Source: Phormidesmis sp. (GTDB taxonomy: Bacteria; Cyanobacteriota; Cyanobacteriia; Leptolyngbyales; Leptolyngbyaceae). From it: a stretch of DNA of 64,000 nt. A model generated the notes under the pieces. The model was not told the origin of the DNA. It saw only the letters and a list, made by a program, of their open reading frames with translations, and made no database searches. The DNA lies in NCBI GenBank assembly GCA_965248535.1, contig CBDFJR010000005.1:1536001-1600000 (forward strand), in the 5' to 3' direction. This document shows, in pieces, positions 53,211 through 62,519 of the stretch (position 1 is the stretch's first letter; every line of letters begins with the position of its first letter). The position numbers were made by a program, and so were the translations under genes.

Positions 53211-54239
53211 CTAATCAACATCAGGGGTGACTCGACTGTGGTTTGAGGCGTGCAGCATGGCTCTCAGGTTTTGTGGCTCGACATGATTGGGGGCCTGTTT
53301 GCGCTCAAAGCTCACGGGCTGGTTAGTAAATCGGGGCAAAATTTCTCGACAAAATGCCTCGGCTGCCTTCGATCGATAGCGATTGGGGTTGATAATCACC
53401 GACAGCATCCGTTTCACCACAACATCGTTAATCTTGGCTCGATGCAGCATTCCCATTTGCAACTCTTTCTCGATCGCCGAAACCGACACAAACGACGCGC
53501 CCAACCCAGCTTGCACGGCATTTTTGATCGCCTCGATCGAGTTCAGTTCCATCTCAATCTTGAGGCGGCGGGTTTCGATGCCGCAGCGCGCTAACACCTG
53601 GTCAATCACTTTGCGAATCGTCGATTGAGAGTCAAGCGCGATAAATTGCAGGCGATATAAATCATCTTTTTGAATCACCTCAGTCCGCGCTAACGGGTGC
53701 AGCGTCGGCAGAATCAGTGCGAGTTCGTCTTCGGCATAGGGAATAATCTCTAAGGAATCCTGCAATTCAGGAGAAATCTCGCCGCCGATGATGGCCAGGT
53801 CAATCTGACCATTGGCCACACTCCAAGAGGTGCGCCGCGTCGAATGCACATGCAACTGCACCGCCACATCGGGATATTGTTGCCGAAACATCCCAATCAT
53901 GCGGGGGAGCAAATAGGTTCCCGTCGTCTGACTTGCGCCAATGATCAGAGAGCCACCTTGGAGGTTTTGCAAATCTTCTAGGGCGCGACACGTCTCTTGA
54001 CAGAGGGTGAGAATCTTCTCGCCATAGTTGAGAAGCAGATGCCCAGCCTCAGTCAGTTGTGCGCGTCGCCCGCCGCGATCGAACAGCGGTACATCTAACT
54101 GCCGCTCTAGATTTTGCACCTGCAAGCTCACGGCGGGCTGCGAAACGTAGAGGCTATCAGCCGCACGCTTAAAGCTTCCTTCGCTAGAAATCGCCTTAAG
54201 AATGCGTAACTGATCCAAAGTAAACGGAAGGTCAGACAT
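53211..54239 (-). CDS. rbcR: LysR-type regulator of the RbcR/Ycf30/PacR group
   Basis: [57 protein letters not shown]. Confidence 0.85.
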   Translation of the reverse strand: MSDLPFTLDQLRILKAISSEGSFKRAADSLYVSQPAVSLQVQNLERQLDVPLFDRGGRRAQLTEAGHLLLNYGEKILTLCQETCRALEDLQNLQGGSLIIGASQTTGTYLLPRMIGMFRQQYPDVAVQLHVHSTRRTSWSVANGQIDLAIIGGEISPELQDSLEIIPYAEDELALILPTLHPLARTEVIQKDDLYRLQFIALDSQSTIRKVIDQVLARCGIETRRLKIEMELNSIEAIKNAVQAGLGASFVSVSAIEKELQMGMLHRAKINDVVVKRMLSVIINPNRYRSKAAEAFCREILPRFTNQPVSFERKQAPNHVEPQNLRAMLHASNHSRVTPDVD

Positions 54240-54427
54240 ACGGCTAAACCTAAAATGTGTAAAGAGCTTTGAGTAAAAATTAACTCAGTAAAGCAACCGA
54301 TTAAAGAGCAACCTATCAAGAGAAAATGAGGGCGGTCAAGCCAGAGCACAAACCGTTGCCGATTTATAGAATCTCCTTAAATGCAAGATATGACCCAGAT
54401 CGTAGAGAAACGTAACTTAGAGAATCT

Positions 54428-55192
54428 ATGAAACAGGAGGGAATCAGAGACTTTCTGAATTTACCAGGAATTGCGGGCATTGCTCTAATGGATGGACGAT
54501 CGCGCCCGTTTTTTGGCGGCATCAATTACGCCTTTAGTCTTCAGCAAAAGCAAGCCCTCTCTCAAAGCGCTTTGCAAGTGATTGAAACGATCCCAGAAGG
54601 CTTTGAATCGTTTGAATTTCAATTTTCAGCGTATCAGGTTTACATTTATAAATTGGTGTTTGGGCGAGTTCTCCTAGTTTTAGCCCATCAAACTTTAGAT
54701 TATTCAGACTATTCCAAAAGAATTGAATTATTCCAGGAAGCCATTCAGACAGATTTTGAGGAGGCGATCGTTCAGCTACGATCGCTCACCGCGACTCAAG
54801 CGCCCTCTGGTCTCGCCCTGAGTCAAGCCCCCCCTGCAACTCTTCAAGCATCTCAGCCCTCCTCGATCGCGCTTCAAGATATTCTGACCGCCCTCAATCA
54901 TCTCAGCCAGATCACCACCCACTATTTAGGAACACCCGTGATTGTCAATTATCTCAAGTCCACTCGCCCCGATCGAGACTGGCTGCATCAGTTTCAGGTC
55001 GATCGAGCGGCTCAAATTAGCGTTTCTAGCGATGCCCTTGATCTCAGCCAACCCATCAGTCCTGAAGAACAGCAGTGGGTTAGAGACTGGGTGGCTGCTT
55101 TTATTCAACGCTGTTCGCAGATCGTGCGCGACTTTGCGACGATCGTGCAAAAGGCGCTCCATCCTGAACAAGTTGCGCTGCTGTTCCCCTAA
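54428..55192 (+). CDS. hypothetical protein with a roadblock/longin-like N-terminal domain
   Basis: FLNLPGIAGIALMDG...FEFQF..YQVYIYKL..GRVLLVL alpha/beta pattern, followed by a second helical domain. Confidence 0.65.
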   Translation: MKQEGIRDFLNLPGIAGIALMDGRSRPFFGGINYAFSLQQKQALSQSALQVIETIPEGFESFEFQFSAYQVYIYKLVFGRVLLVLAHQTLDYSDYSKRIELFQEAIQTDFEEAIVQLRSLTATQAPSGLALSQAPPATLQASQPSSIALQDILTALNHLSQITTHYLGTPVIVNYLKSTRPDRDWLHQFQVDRAAQISVSSDALDLSQPISPEEQQWVRDWVAAFIQRCSQIVRDFATIVQKALHPEQVALLFP

Positions 55193-55221
55193 TTTTTCAT
55201 CGCCCCAACTTTATTAAAATC

Positions 55222-55707
55222 ATGGCTAAAACCGTCAGACTCGAACCGATCGCCCAAGAAACCTCTGTCGAAACCAACAGCAATCTCCTCTCTGTCTTGA
55301 TCAATAAAGACTTAGACGTGCTGAGAGAATGCGGCGGCCGCGGGATGTGTGCCACTTGCCACGTCTACGTTCAATCTGGCATGGAGGCGCTCTCCCCGAT
55401 CAACCGTCGTGAGCAGCGCACCCTAGAAGTCATCACTTCCTGCAAATCAAATTCACGGCTAGCCTGCCAAGCCTGTGTCTTAAAAGATGGCGTAGTGGTC
55501 GAACTGCCTCCCGGTATGTATATCAACTCGTTGAAAGACATTGAAGATCTGATTGGTCGTCGGGCCGAACAGGATTTGCTGCACCCGCTGACTGGGCAAG
55601 TCTTAGTTGAGGCCGGAAAATTGATCACCCGATCGATGCTCAATAAACTCGAAGACACCACCAACTTCAACGCGGGCAACTATTTCTCAAACTCATCAGG
55701 TTTGTAG
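55222..55707 (+). CDS. 2Fe-2S ferredoxin with C-terminal extension (Slr0148-like)
   Basis: CGGRGMCATC...SRLACQ; tail HPLTGQVLVEAGKLITRS. Confidence 0.88.
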   Translation: MAKTVRLEPIAQETSVETNSNLLSVLINKDLDVLRECGGRGMCATCHVYVQSGMEALSPINRREQRTLEVITSCKSNSRLACQACVLKDGVVVELPPGMYINSLKDIEDLIGRRAEQDLLHPLTGQVLVEAGKLITRSMLNKLEDTTNFNAGNYFSNSSGL

Positions 55708-55730
55708 GAGGTTTACCAATAGCCTCATCG

Positions 55731-56030
55731 TTAGGCAACCCGCTCTTTAGGCGTGATCGAAAGCTTGAAACCTAACGCATCCAGCATTCTCAGCAGCGTG
55801 GGCAAATCTAGATCCTCCTGATGAGACAAGATGGGCTGAAGAATCGTCTGGTCTATAGCAGACTGATGGGCACCTAGAGCAGTTCGTCGAGCCTCTGTCA
55901 CATTCTTTAAAGCTAAATGTAACTCCTCGTCGTTGCCATCCTCCAAGACAGCAGCTAAATAGGCAGCAGCCTCTTGAGGATCTTTAAGGGACTCAATTAG
56001 AAACGAGTGATAGCTTCTACTCACTGGCAT
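55731..56030 (-). CDS. addiction-module antidote protein (type II antitoxin)
   Basis: MPVSRSYHSFLIESLKDPQEAAAYL.AVLEDG...LDALGFKL; overlaps the toxin stop. Confidence 0.8.
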   Translation of the reverse strand: MPVSRSYHSFLIESLKDPQEAAAYLAAVLEDGNDEELHLALKNVTEARRTALGAHQSAIDQTILQPILSHQEDLDLPTLLRMLDALGFKLSITPKERVA

Positions 56031-56361
56031 TCTCACGCTGTTTGAAGTCAACCCAAAACTTTTTAGCTTGCAAGATGTCTCGATGTTGAGTGCTTTTATC
56101 GCCGCCACAGAGCAGCAGAATGATCAGCTTCTCAAATTGTGCAAAATACACCCGGTAGCCAGGCCCATAATCAATCTTAAGCTCAAAAACACCTTCCCCA
56201 ACAAATCGACAGTCCCCAAGATTTCCTAGAGCAACTCGGTCTAAGCGTTGTTTGATTTTTGCTCTAGCCTCTCGATTTGGCAAAGAATCTAGCCAAGACA
56301 CGAAGGGAACAGTTCCCTGTTTAGTCTCATAGATTAAAAGCTCTCTTGGCTCTGATTCCAT
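56017..56361 (-). CDS. RelE/ParE-family addiction-module toxin
   Basis: PF.SWLDSL...I..RLDRV.LGNLGD...VGEGVFELKIDYGPGYRVYF...LLLCGGDKSTQ.RDI. Confidence 0.9.
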   Translation of the reverse strand: MESEPRELLIYETKQGTVPFVSWLDSLPNREARAKIKQRLDRVALGNLGDCRFVGEGVFELKIDYGPGYRVYFAQFEKLIILLLCGGDKSTQHRDILQAKKFWVDFKQRENASE

Positions 56362-56551
56362 ACAAAAACAAACCACACTGACCTAAAGACTGATTCAACA
56401 GAGCAGGATCATTCTAAAGGAGGGTAGCTTTGCTCTGACGAAGGGACGTTGATGCCCGTTTGCGTAGCCTATCATTGCCCGATATCCGTTATCACCTCTC
56501 GACTATGGGGAACGCTGCATAGAACGTCGATCGACCCAGAGAGGAGACCCG

Positions 56552-57025
56552 ATGCTCAGTCAAATTCAGCGCTTGACCCTAGAAACCGAAGGGCGCTATG
56601 CCACCGATGAAGAACTCGGATTTTTAGCCGACTACACTCGCTCCTTTAACCTGCGAGTTCAGACTTATCAAAAAATTCAGGAATGCGAGGCGGCGATCGT
56701 GCAGCAGGTGCAAACCAAAATGCGCGCCACCGATCCCACCCTCTTTCGCAGCGGCAACGAAGACATCACCGCTAAATGGAAGCGCGACACCCTCCGGGTT
56801 TTGCGCTATGCTGCCGCCGCCATGCTCATTGACGACCCAGAAACCTTGCGCGAACGGTTTCTGTTTTGGTTTCAAACCATCATGCGGGCCTTTAGCGCTC
56901 AACGCAGTTGCAACGTCACCTACACCGTGATGCAGGAGGTCGTCAAACAGCACCTAAATCCTCAACAAGCTAACCTATTTCTGCCGATTTTAGAGGTGAC
57001 TCGACGAATGCTCGGCACCGTGTAG
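56552..57025 (+). CDS. phycobiliprotein-fold (globin-like) protein lacking the bilin-binding Cys
   Basis: EGRYATDEEL, AKWKRD..RVLRY.A.AML.DD, compared with the canonical C(L)RD..Y.LRY. Confidence 0.8.
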   Translation: MLSQIQRLTLETEGRYATDEELGFLADYTRSFNLRVQTYQKIQECEAAIVQQVQTKMRATDPTLFRSGNEDITAKWKRDTLRVLRYAAAAMLIDDPETLRERFLFWFQTIMRAFSAQRSCNVTYTVMQEVVKQHLNPQQANLFLPILEVTRRMLGTV

Positions 57026-57136
57026 ACGGTTTTGCATCGTTAGATCTTTTTCACCGAGGGAACACTGAAGCTAGCGATCCCTCACCCCGATTGCAGCGAT
57101 CCCCCGCGATTTATTCAGAATCTGTTAGAGAGGCTT

Positions 57137-57817
57137 ATGGCGATCCAACTCCCCCACCAAACTCCTGCAAAGCTTAAAAACCCCAAAAAGCATAACCACT
57201 ACGGGTTTAAAGACTTCTTTCAGTTTGACCCTGAGCGCGGCACGATCGTCGATTGGAACGATAGCCAAAACGTTTTGACCACCGAAGATTTCATCATTGG
57301 TTTGGTCGAAGGGTTAGAAGAAGAGGTCGGAGATGCTTCCGCCGCAATCATGTATACGATCGGGTGTGAGTGGGGTCAAAAAGATGCTTTCTTTTTTGAA
57401 AAATGGTTTGAGAAGGAGTTCGATCGCAACATTCGCCAGACCAATCTGCTGTTCTTGCTCGAAACCTGGTGGTGGCCCTTCACCTCTCAAGGCTGGGGGC
57501 GCTGGGAGATTGACATGGGCGATCGTAAGCAGGGTTTCATGTTTATCAACATTTTTGATTCAGCCGTTGCCCGCACTCTTGGCGATGTTGGCAAACCCGT
57601 CTGCTACCTCTATGCAGGCTTATTTGCAGGATTCTTCACCGAACTCGTGAAAAAGCAGTTAAGCTGCATCGAAATTCAGTGCTACTCAATGGGTGAAACC
57701 TACTGCAAGTTTCTCCTAGGCGGACAGGAACGCATTGATGCCGCCTCATTTTGGATGAACGAGGGAGCGACCGCCAGAGATATTGAAAAGCGGCTGCGAG
57801 ACGGAGAACTGCGATGA
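57137..57817 (+). CDS. V4R domain protein (Slr0144-like)
   Basis: QGWGRW, DSAVAR, KPVC...AG.FAG, CIEIQCYSMGETYCKF. Confidence 0.88.
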   Translation: MAIQLPHQTPAKLKNPKKHNHYGFKDFFQFDPERGTIVDWNDSQNVLTTEDFIIGLVEGLEEEVGDASAAIMYTIGCEWGQKDAFFFEKWFEKEFDRNIRQTNLLFLLETWWWPFTSQGWGRWEIDMGDRKQGFMFINIFDSAVARTLGDVGKPVCYLYAGLFAGFFTELVKKQLSCIEIQCYSMGETYCKFLLGGQERIDAASFWMNEGATARDIEKRLRDGELR

Positions 57818-58116
57818 ACCGCACCCCCCACCCTCCAGATACTCAGATTTGGCTCCAGTCAACCGTTCAACACTTCTTTAAAACCTGCAATTGGGATGAC
57901 CAGACGATCGAGGTTCAAGAGATCCGGTTCGCCTCGCTCCTTGACGACAACACCGCTCTAGAGTTAACCCTCACCGTCAGTCAATTTTTTGCGGCCGTCA
58001 ATTGGGACGGGTCTACGCTGGCGGCTTCTGCTCCAGGGCTGGCAGAACCAGAACCTGTAGAAGCTGCTGACCCAGACGACTCCTTCACGCTGACCGATCT
58101 ATCGGATTTGTTTTAG
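57814..58116 (+). CDS. small acidic hypothetical protein with duplicated motif
   Basis: TVQHFF...NWD and TVSQFF...NWDG repeats; ends FTLTDLSDLF; ATGA overlap with the V4R gene. Confidence 0.75.
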   Translation: MNRTPHPPDTQIWLQSTVQHFFKTCNWDDQTIEVQEIRFASLLDDNTALELTLTVSQFFAAVNWDGSTLAASAPGLAEPEPVEAADPDDSFTLTDLSDLF

Positions 58117-58147
58117 CTCAACCTACCGTTGCACCTCCCCTAGAATT

Positions 58148-58645
58148 ATGCAATCGCCTATCGAAGCCGTTTTTGACGAAGCCGAAAATCGATATCTCAA
58201 GCTCGAAGAGTTGAGAGAAGTGACTCACTATGTCACCTCGTTGCCCGATCGGGTCGATGCCTATCGGGCCGCAAGAGACAGCGAGTTAACCGTTATGCAG
58301 CAAGTCGCAGACCAGCTTCAGGCAGATCTGCCTAACGCCTCCGTTGACGCGATCGAGCAGGGTCTTAAAAATGGCATTTTGGTTCTGCGCCATTGTGCGA
58401 TGTCAGTGCTGCTAGATGACGAGACGTTTGTGCAGACTCGCCTGCTCAATTGGTTAGCTGAATCTATTCAGGGGCAAAATGCGAGGGCGATCGATGCCCT
58501 GCTCTACCCGCTTATGACTCAGTATCTGACTCAAGCCTTGACTCCTAAGCAAATGAAGTTTTTAGAGCCACTTTTGACCATGGCACAAAGTGCCCTGCTG
58601 CAAACCGCCGACGCAGAAATGTTAACCGTCGCCGGAATGTTTTAG
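58148..58645 (+). CDS. second phycobiliprotein-fold (globin-like) protein
   Basis: DEAENRYL..EEL, VLRHCAMSVLLDD..F...RLL.W; the CLRD position reads GLKN. Confidence 0.8.
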   Translation: MQSPIEAVFDEAENRYLKLEELREVTHYVTSLPDRVDAYRAARDSELTVMQQVADQLQADLPNASVDAIEQGLKNGILVLRHCAMSVLLDDETFVQTRLLNWLAESIQGQNARAIDALLYPLMTQYLTQALTPKQMKFLEPLLTMAQSALLQTADAEMLTVAGMF

Positions 58646-58683
58646 TCAATTCCTTAATCATTCACCCTCCACCCATCGCCCCT

Positions 58684-59337
58684 ATGATTTCTGTCGCTGA
58701 TTTACTCACCAGTCGCATCCCCGCTAACTACTACACAAGCGAAGTCTATGTGCGGGGCGATTTAGAAATGGGCCTGCTAGAGAGTCGGCGCGGCGATCGC
58801 CTGCTGGCCCTTCCAGAAACGCTGCTTCAGGCAATCTATGCCGGGCTTGATAAAGAAACCGGACAAGCCTCTAAATTGGTGCTGTTTAACTGCGGTCGCT
58901 GGTGGGGCAAAAAATTCTACACTCGCCTGCGCGATGAGTTGACCGACTACTATGGCACTCCGCTGGTGGACATGACCATGAGCGATTTTTTGCAGTGTCT
59001 GAGACAGTGCTGGGCCACCTACGGGTGGGGCAAGATTGAAATCGATCAGAGCTATCACCACCGGGGGTTTCTGGTCGTTCAAACCTGGAATTCTCCCTTT
59101 GCCCAGCAAGCGCCTAAAACGGGGTTGCCTGTTTGTTTTCTAGAAGCTGGCATCTTGGCGGCACTCTTGAGCCAACTGTCTGGGAAAGAGTTGTCCTGCA
59201 TTCAAACTAGCTGTGAATCGATCGATGCTGCGTGTAATCAATTTGTGATCGGGCTAAAAAAACGACTAGAACCTGCTGAAGCGCTCGTTGAAAATCACCT
59301 TGATCACGAGTCGATCATGCCAAAACTCTGTGGTTAG
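58684..59337 (+). CDS. second V4R domain protein (Slr0147-like)
   Basis: GDRLLALPE, CGRWWG, GWGKI, PVCFLEAG, CIQTSCES..A.CNQF. Confidence 0.88.
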   Translation: MISVADLLTSRIPANYYTSEVYVRGDLEMGLLESRRGDRLLALPETLLQAIYAGLDKETGQASKLVLFNCGRWWGKKFYTRLRDELTDYYGTPLVDMTMSDFLQCLRQCWATYGWGKIEIDQSYHHRGFLVVQTWNSPFAQQAPKTGLPVCFLEAGILAALLSQLSGKELSCIQTSCESIDAACNQFVIGLKKRLEPAEALVENHLDHESIMPKLCG

Positions 59338-59364
59338 ACGTTTTCTTCATTCCCCTTTTGGCGC

Positions 59365-61052
59365 GTGGCACATCTGCTCGACTCTCAGCTAAAGCGCTCA
59401 AAATATCGGCTGCTTGGATTGATCGGACGGGGACAATTTGGCCGGGTTTATTGCGCTATTCATCGTCAGTCTGGGCAGCTAGTGGCGCTTAAAGCGCTGG
59501 ATCACGATCGCTTCTCAACTCACAGGTTTTTGCGCGAGTTGCGGTTTCTCTTAAGCTTTCAGCACCCCAATATCGTTGGCTGCAAAACTCTAGAGCATCA
59601 GCAGGGTTTGCGCTATTTAGTGATGGACTATTGCGAAGGGGGTTCGCTACGAAATCTGATGGAGCAGCAACGTCTGCATCCGGCTCTCAGCGTCAGACTG
59701 ATTTTAGATGTCTTAGCTGGGGTTGACCATGCCCACAGCCACAACATCGTTCACTGTGACCTAAAGCCAGAAAATATTCTGCTGACGATAAAGCCTAATG
59801 GGTGGGCCGCGCGCATTTCTGACTTTGGCATTGCTCAAATGAGTCAAGAGTTAGCCAACAAGGAAATGGGAGTCACGGGTTCCCCGGCTTATATGGCACC
59901 AGAGCGGTTTTATGGGCAAAACTCTGCGTCTTGTGATCTGTATGCGATCGGCATTTTACTATTTGAGTTGCTGACGGGCTATCGACCCTTTTCTGGCACG
60001 CCGTCAGAGTTGATGTCAGCGCACTTAAATCAGCCTGTCCTGATTCCAGATCAGGTTCCTCTTTCGCTGCGACCGATTATTTTAACGGCGCTGCAAAAGC
60101 TCAAAGCTCGCCGTTTTAGTTCGGCAAATCAGATGGCGATCGCGCTTCAGTTGGCGCTCAAAGCTTGTCCAAATCTTCAAGCAGAGACTCTCTTGATAGA
60201 GCCATTGGCTAGTTTTACCCCATCTTGTCAAGGTCTACGAGAAGAAACTGTCCGGCAACCCCTTCAGCCCAAAGTGATTAAAGGGGCTGCGCTCCTAGCG
60301 GTCGAGGTGATGACCTTAGTGGAGCCGATTCGAGAGTTAGCCGTGCGATCGCAGGGCTGTTTTGTGGTAACCTCTCAGTCGCTCTATCTTTTGAAGGATG
60401 ATCTCTGCCCGATCGTGCCGTTTGCCCAAGATTCCCTAGTGACGATCGAGCCTCAAGGACGCTGGGCCGCAGTGATTGAACCCCAAGCAAAGAATTCGAT
60501 AGGGATTCATCGATTCACAGACTCGGCAGTGGTTAGGGCGGATGTCTACCGATCAGGTGTTTAAACTGCTGGCTCTCGATTCTCGTCATCTCGTGGCCCT
60601 CTCCCATCGATCAAAACCGTTGGGTGACGGTACGCGGCTAGAGTTTTTTGCTCGTCGAGGGCAGACGATCGGGCACTTGGATTTAGCAGTGAATCTCGAT
60701 CGGGCCTTTTTAGGCTTCGATTCTCATAGTTTCATCGCCACCGAACTCGAACAGCCAACGTCGTTTTTGATGATCAATCTCAAGCCGCTCAAGGTGCTGC
60801 GTATCGCGATCGACCTTACGCCAACGTTTTTAGCCGCGACTGCCTGGGGCTATGTCTTGCTGGATGATCAAGAACAACTGGTTTTACTCGATCGAGAGGG
60901 ACACGTCATCAATCGCGCTGTAGCTCCAGTTAAGGCGGCCGCGATCGCGCCCTTGGGTGAATTTGGATTATTTTTGTCAACCTGGGACGGCAGACAAGGC
61001 AGTCTGCTACACGATCGACCTTCAGCCCCTGCTCAAATCAAGGGTTTCCTGA
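59365..61052 (+). CDS. Ser/Thr kinase (SpkG-like) with beta-rich C-terminal region; frameshifts near 60540 and 61007
   Basis: GRGQFG, VALK, HCDLKPEN, DFG, GSPAYMAPE in 59365..60564; ORF 60542..61096 continues it (LLALDSRHL, TAWGY); removing one C at 61007 gives GSLYTIDLQ..., stop 61052. Confidence 0.8.
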
Positions 61053-61127
61053 AGTCCAGAACTTCCTCCAGCAGTCTGCAAGCCCTTGTAAGCTAATATT
61101 AAGCACTCTAATTTTTATGACTTTCCC

Positions 61128-61841
61128 ATGGTTTACGACTGGCTGACTCCTAGCCACTTTATTATTTTTGGGCTGTTGGTTGGGTTTGCGATCGCCCACA
61201 GTGGTCTGGCAGCGCTGCGGCCTTGGGCCGAAAAGCGCATCGGTGCTCGTCTCTATCGCGTAGTGTTTGCAGTGGTGAGTTTGGGGATTGCCGTGCCGAT
61301 GATCATCTACTTTTTTAATCATCGCTATGACGGGTTAGAGCTTTGGAATGTGAAAAGCGTGCCGGGAGTCGAAGCGATCGTTTGGGTGCTCTCGGCGATC
61401 TCGTTTTTGTTCCTTTACCCAGCTACCTTCAACCTGTTAGAAATTGCCGCCATTCAAAAACCCGAAGTGCATCTTTACGAATCGGGAATCATTCGCGTGA
61501 CTCGACACCCGCAGATGATTGGGCAGGTGATTTGGTGCATTGCTCACACGCTGTGGCTCGGAACCACGTTTACGATCGTCACCTCGATCGGGCTGATCTT
61601 GCATCATCTATTTGGGGTTTGGCACGGCGATCGCCGATTGCAGCTACGGTATGGCGATGCCTTTGAGAAGGTAAAAGAACGCACTTCAACGATCCCCTTT
61701 GAGGCGATTTTACAAAATCGCCAAACGTTCGAGTGGAAAGAATTTCTTCGACCCTCTTATCTGGGAGTCACCGGGTTTATTTTTCTACTTTGGTGGGCAC
61801 ACCCAATTTTAATTGATGCAACTAGCCGCGTACCCTGGTAG
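61128..61841 (+). CDS. NnrU family protein / zeta-carotene isomerase (Z-ISO)
   Basis: FAIAHSGLAALR, PATFNLLE, GIIRVTRHPQM, WHGDRRL. Confidence 0.88.
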   Translation: MVYDWLTPSHFIIFGLLVGFAIAHSGLAALRPWAEKRIGARLYRVVFAVVSLGIAVPMIIYFFNHRYDGLELWNVKSVPGVEAIVWVLSAISFLFLYPATFNLLEIAAIQKPEVHLYESGIIRVTRHPQMIGQVIWCIAHTLWLGTTFTIVTSIGLILHHLFGVWHGDRRLQLRYGDAFEKVKERTSTIPFEAILQNRQTFEWKEFLRPSYLGVTGFIFLLWWAHPILIDATSRVPW

Positions 61842-61883
61842 GATTGATCCCAAAGCAATAGTAAACACCTATTTAAGTAAACA

Positions 61884-62210
61884 ATGATGCGATCTGTCAT
61901 TGGTGAACAGGTATTTGTAGAGGAAGTTCTGGAATCCTCGTCGCCTGTACTGGTTCATTTTTGGGCACCATGGTGCAGCCTATGCCGTTTGATTGAGCCT
62001 GCGCTGGCAAGTCTACGATCGGAGTCAGGCGGACGAGTCAAACTCATCGGGATCAACGCTGATGAAAACCTAAAATTAGCCAGCAGCTATAGAATCACCA
62101 CACTGCCAACTGTCTTATTGTTTCAAGGAGGAAAACTCCTGCATCGACTAGACAGCTATCACAACCGCGACGAGTTGCGAACTGTTCTTCAGGATGTCAT
62201 TCCAACCTGA
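61884..62210 (+). CDS. trxC: thioredoxin family protein (TrxC-like, WCSLC site)
   Basis: VLVHFWAPWCSLCR, INADEN, LPT; located between the NnrU gene and ndhF. Confidence 0.7.
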   Translation: MMRSVIGEQVFVEEVLESSSPVLVHFWAPWCSLCRLIEPALASLRSESGGRVKLIGINADENLKLASSYRITTLPTVLLFQGGKLLHRLDSYHNRDELRTVLQDVIPT

Positions 62211-62519
62211 GCCAGTGCCTGAGACCCTTAAATGAGAACTGACAGGGAGATTGCTTTCGATCTCCCTTTTGCCGTGTCAAATGTGGTGTCAAATGTGGAA
62301 CGATCGCTCATCCCTTACGATTCACTTTGCTAGAGATTCTTAAGACAACCCGACTCTTTTGCCTGTCTTCCTACAGATGTTGTCTATAAACAAATTGGAA
62401 ATACTATCCCGTAGATGCTTGAGTCATCAGCCTGCCTCCCAAGATTGGGCGAAGGGTTTATCATGGTCTCCTAAATTGACTACCCTGGATAGTAAAGAAC
62501 CTTAAACTAGGCGTGAGTG

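Noticed and set aside
55721..56477. Target-site duplication around the TA insert (TAGCCTCATCG versus TAGCCTATCAT)
   Set aside because: The match is too short and imperfect to distinguish from chance.
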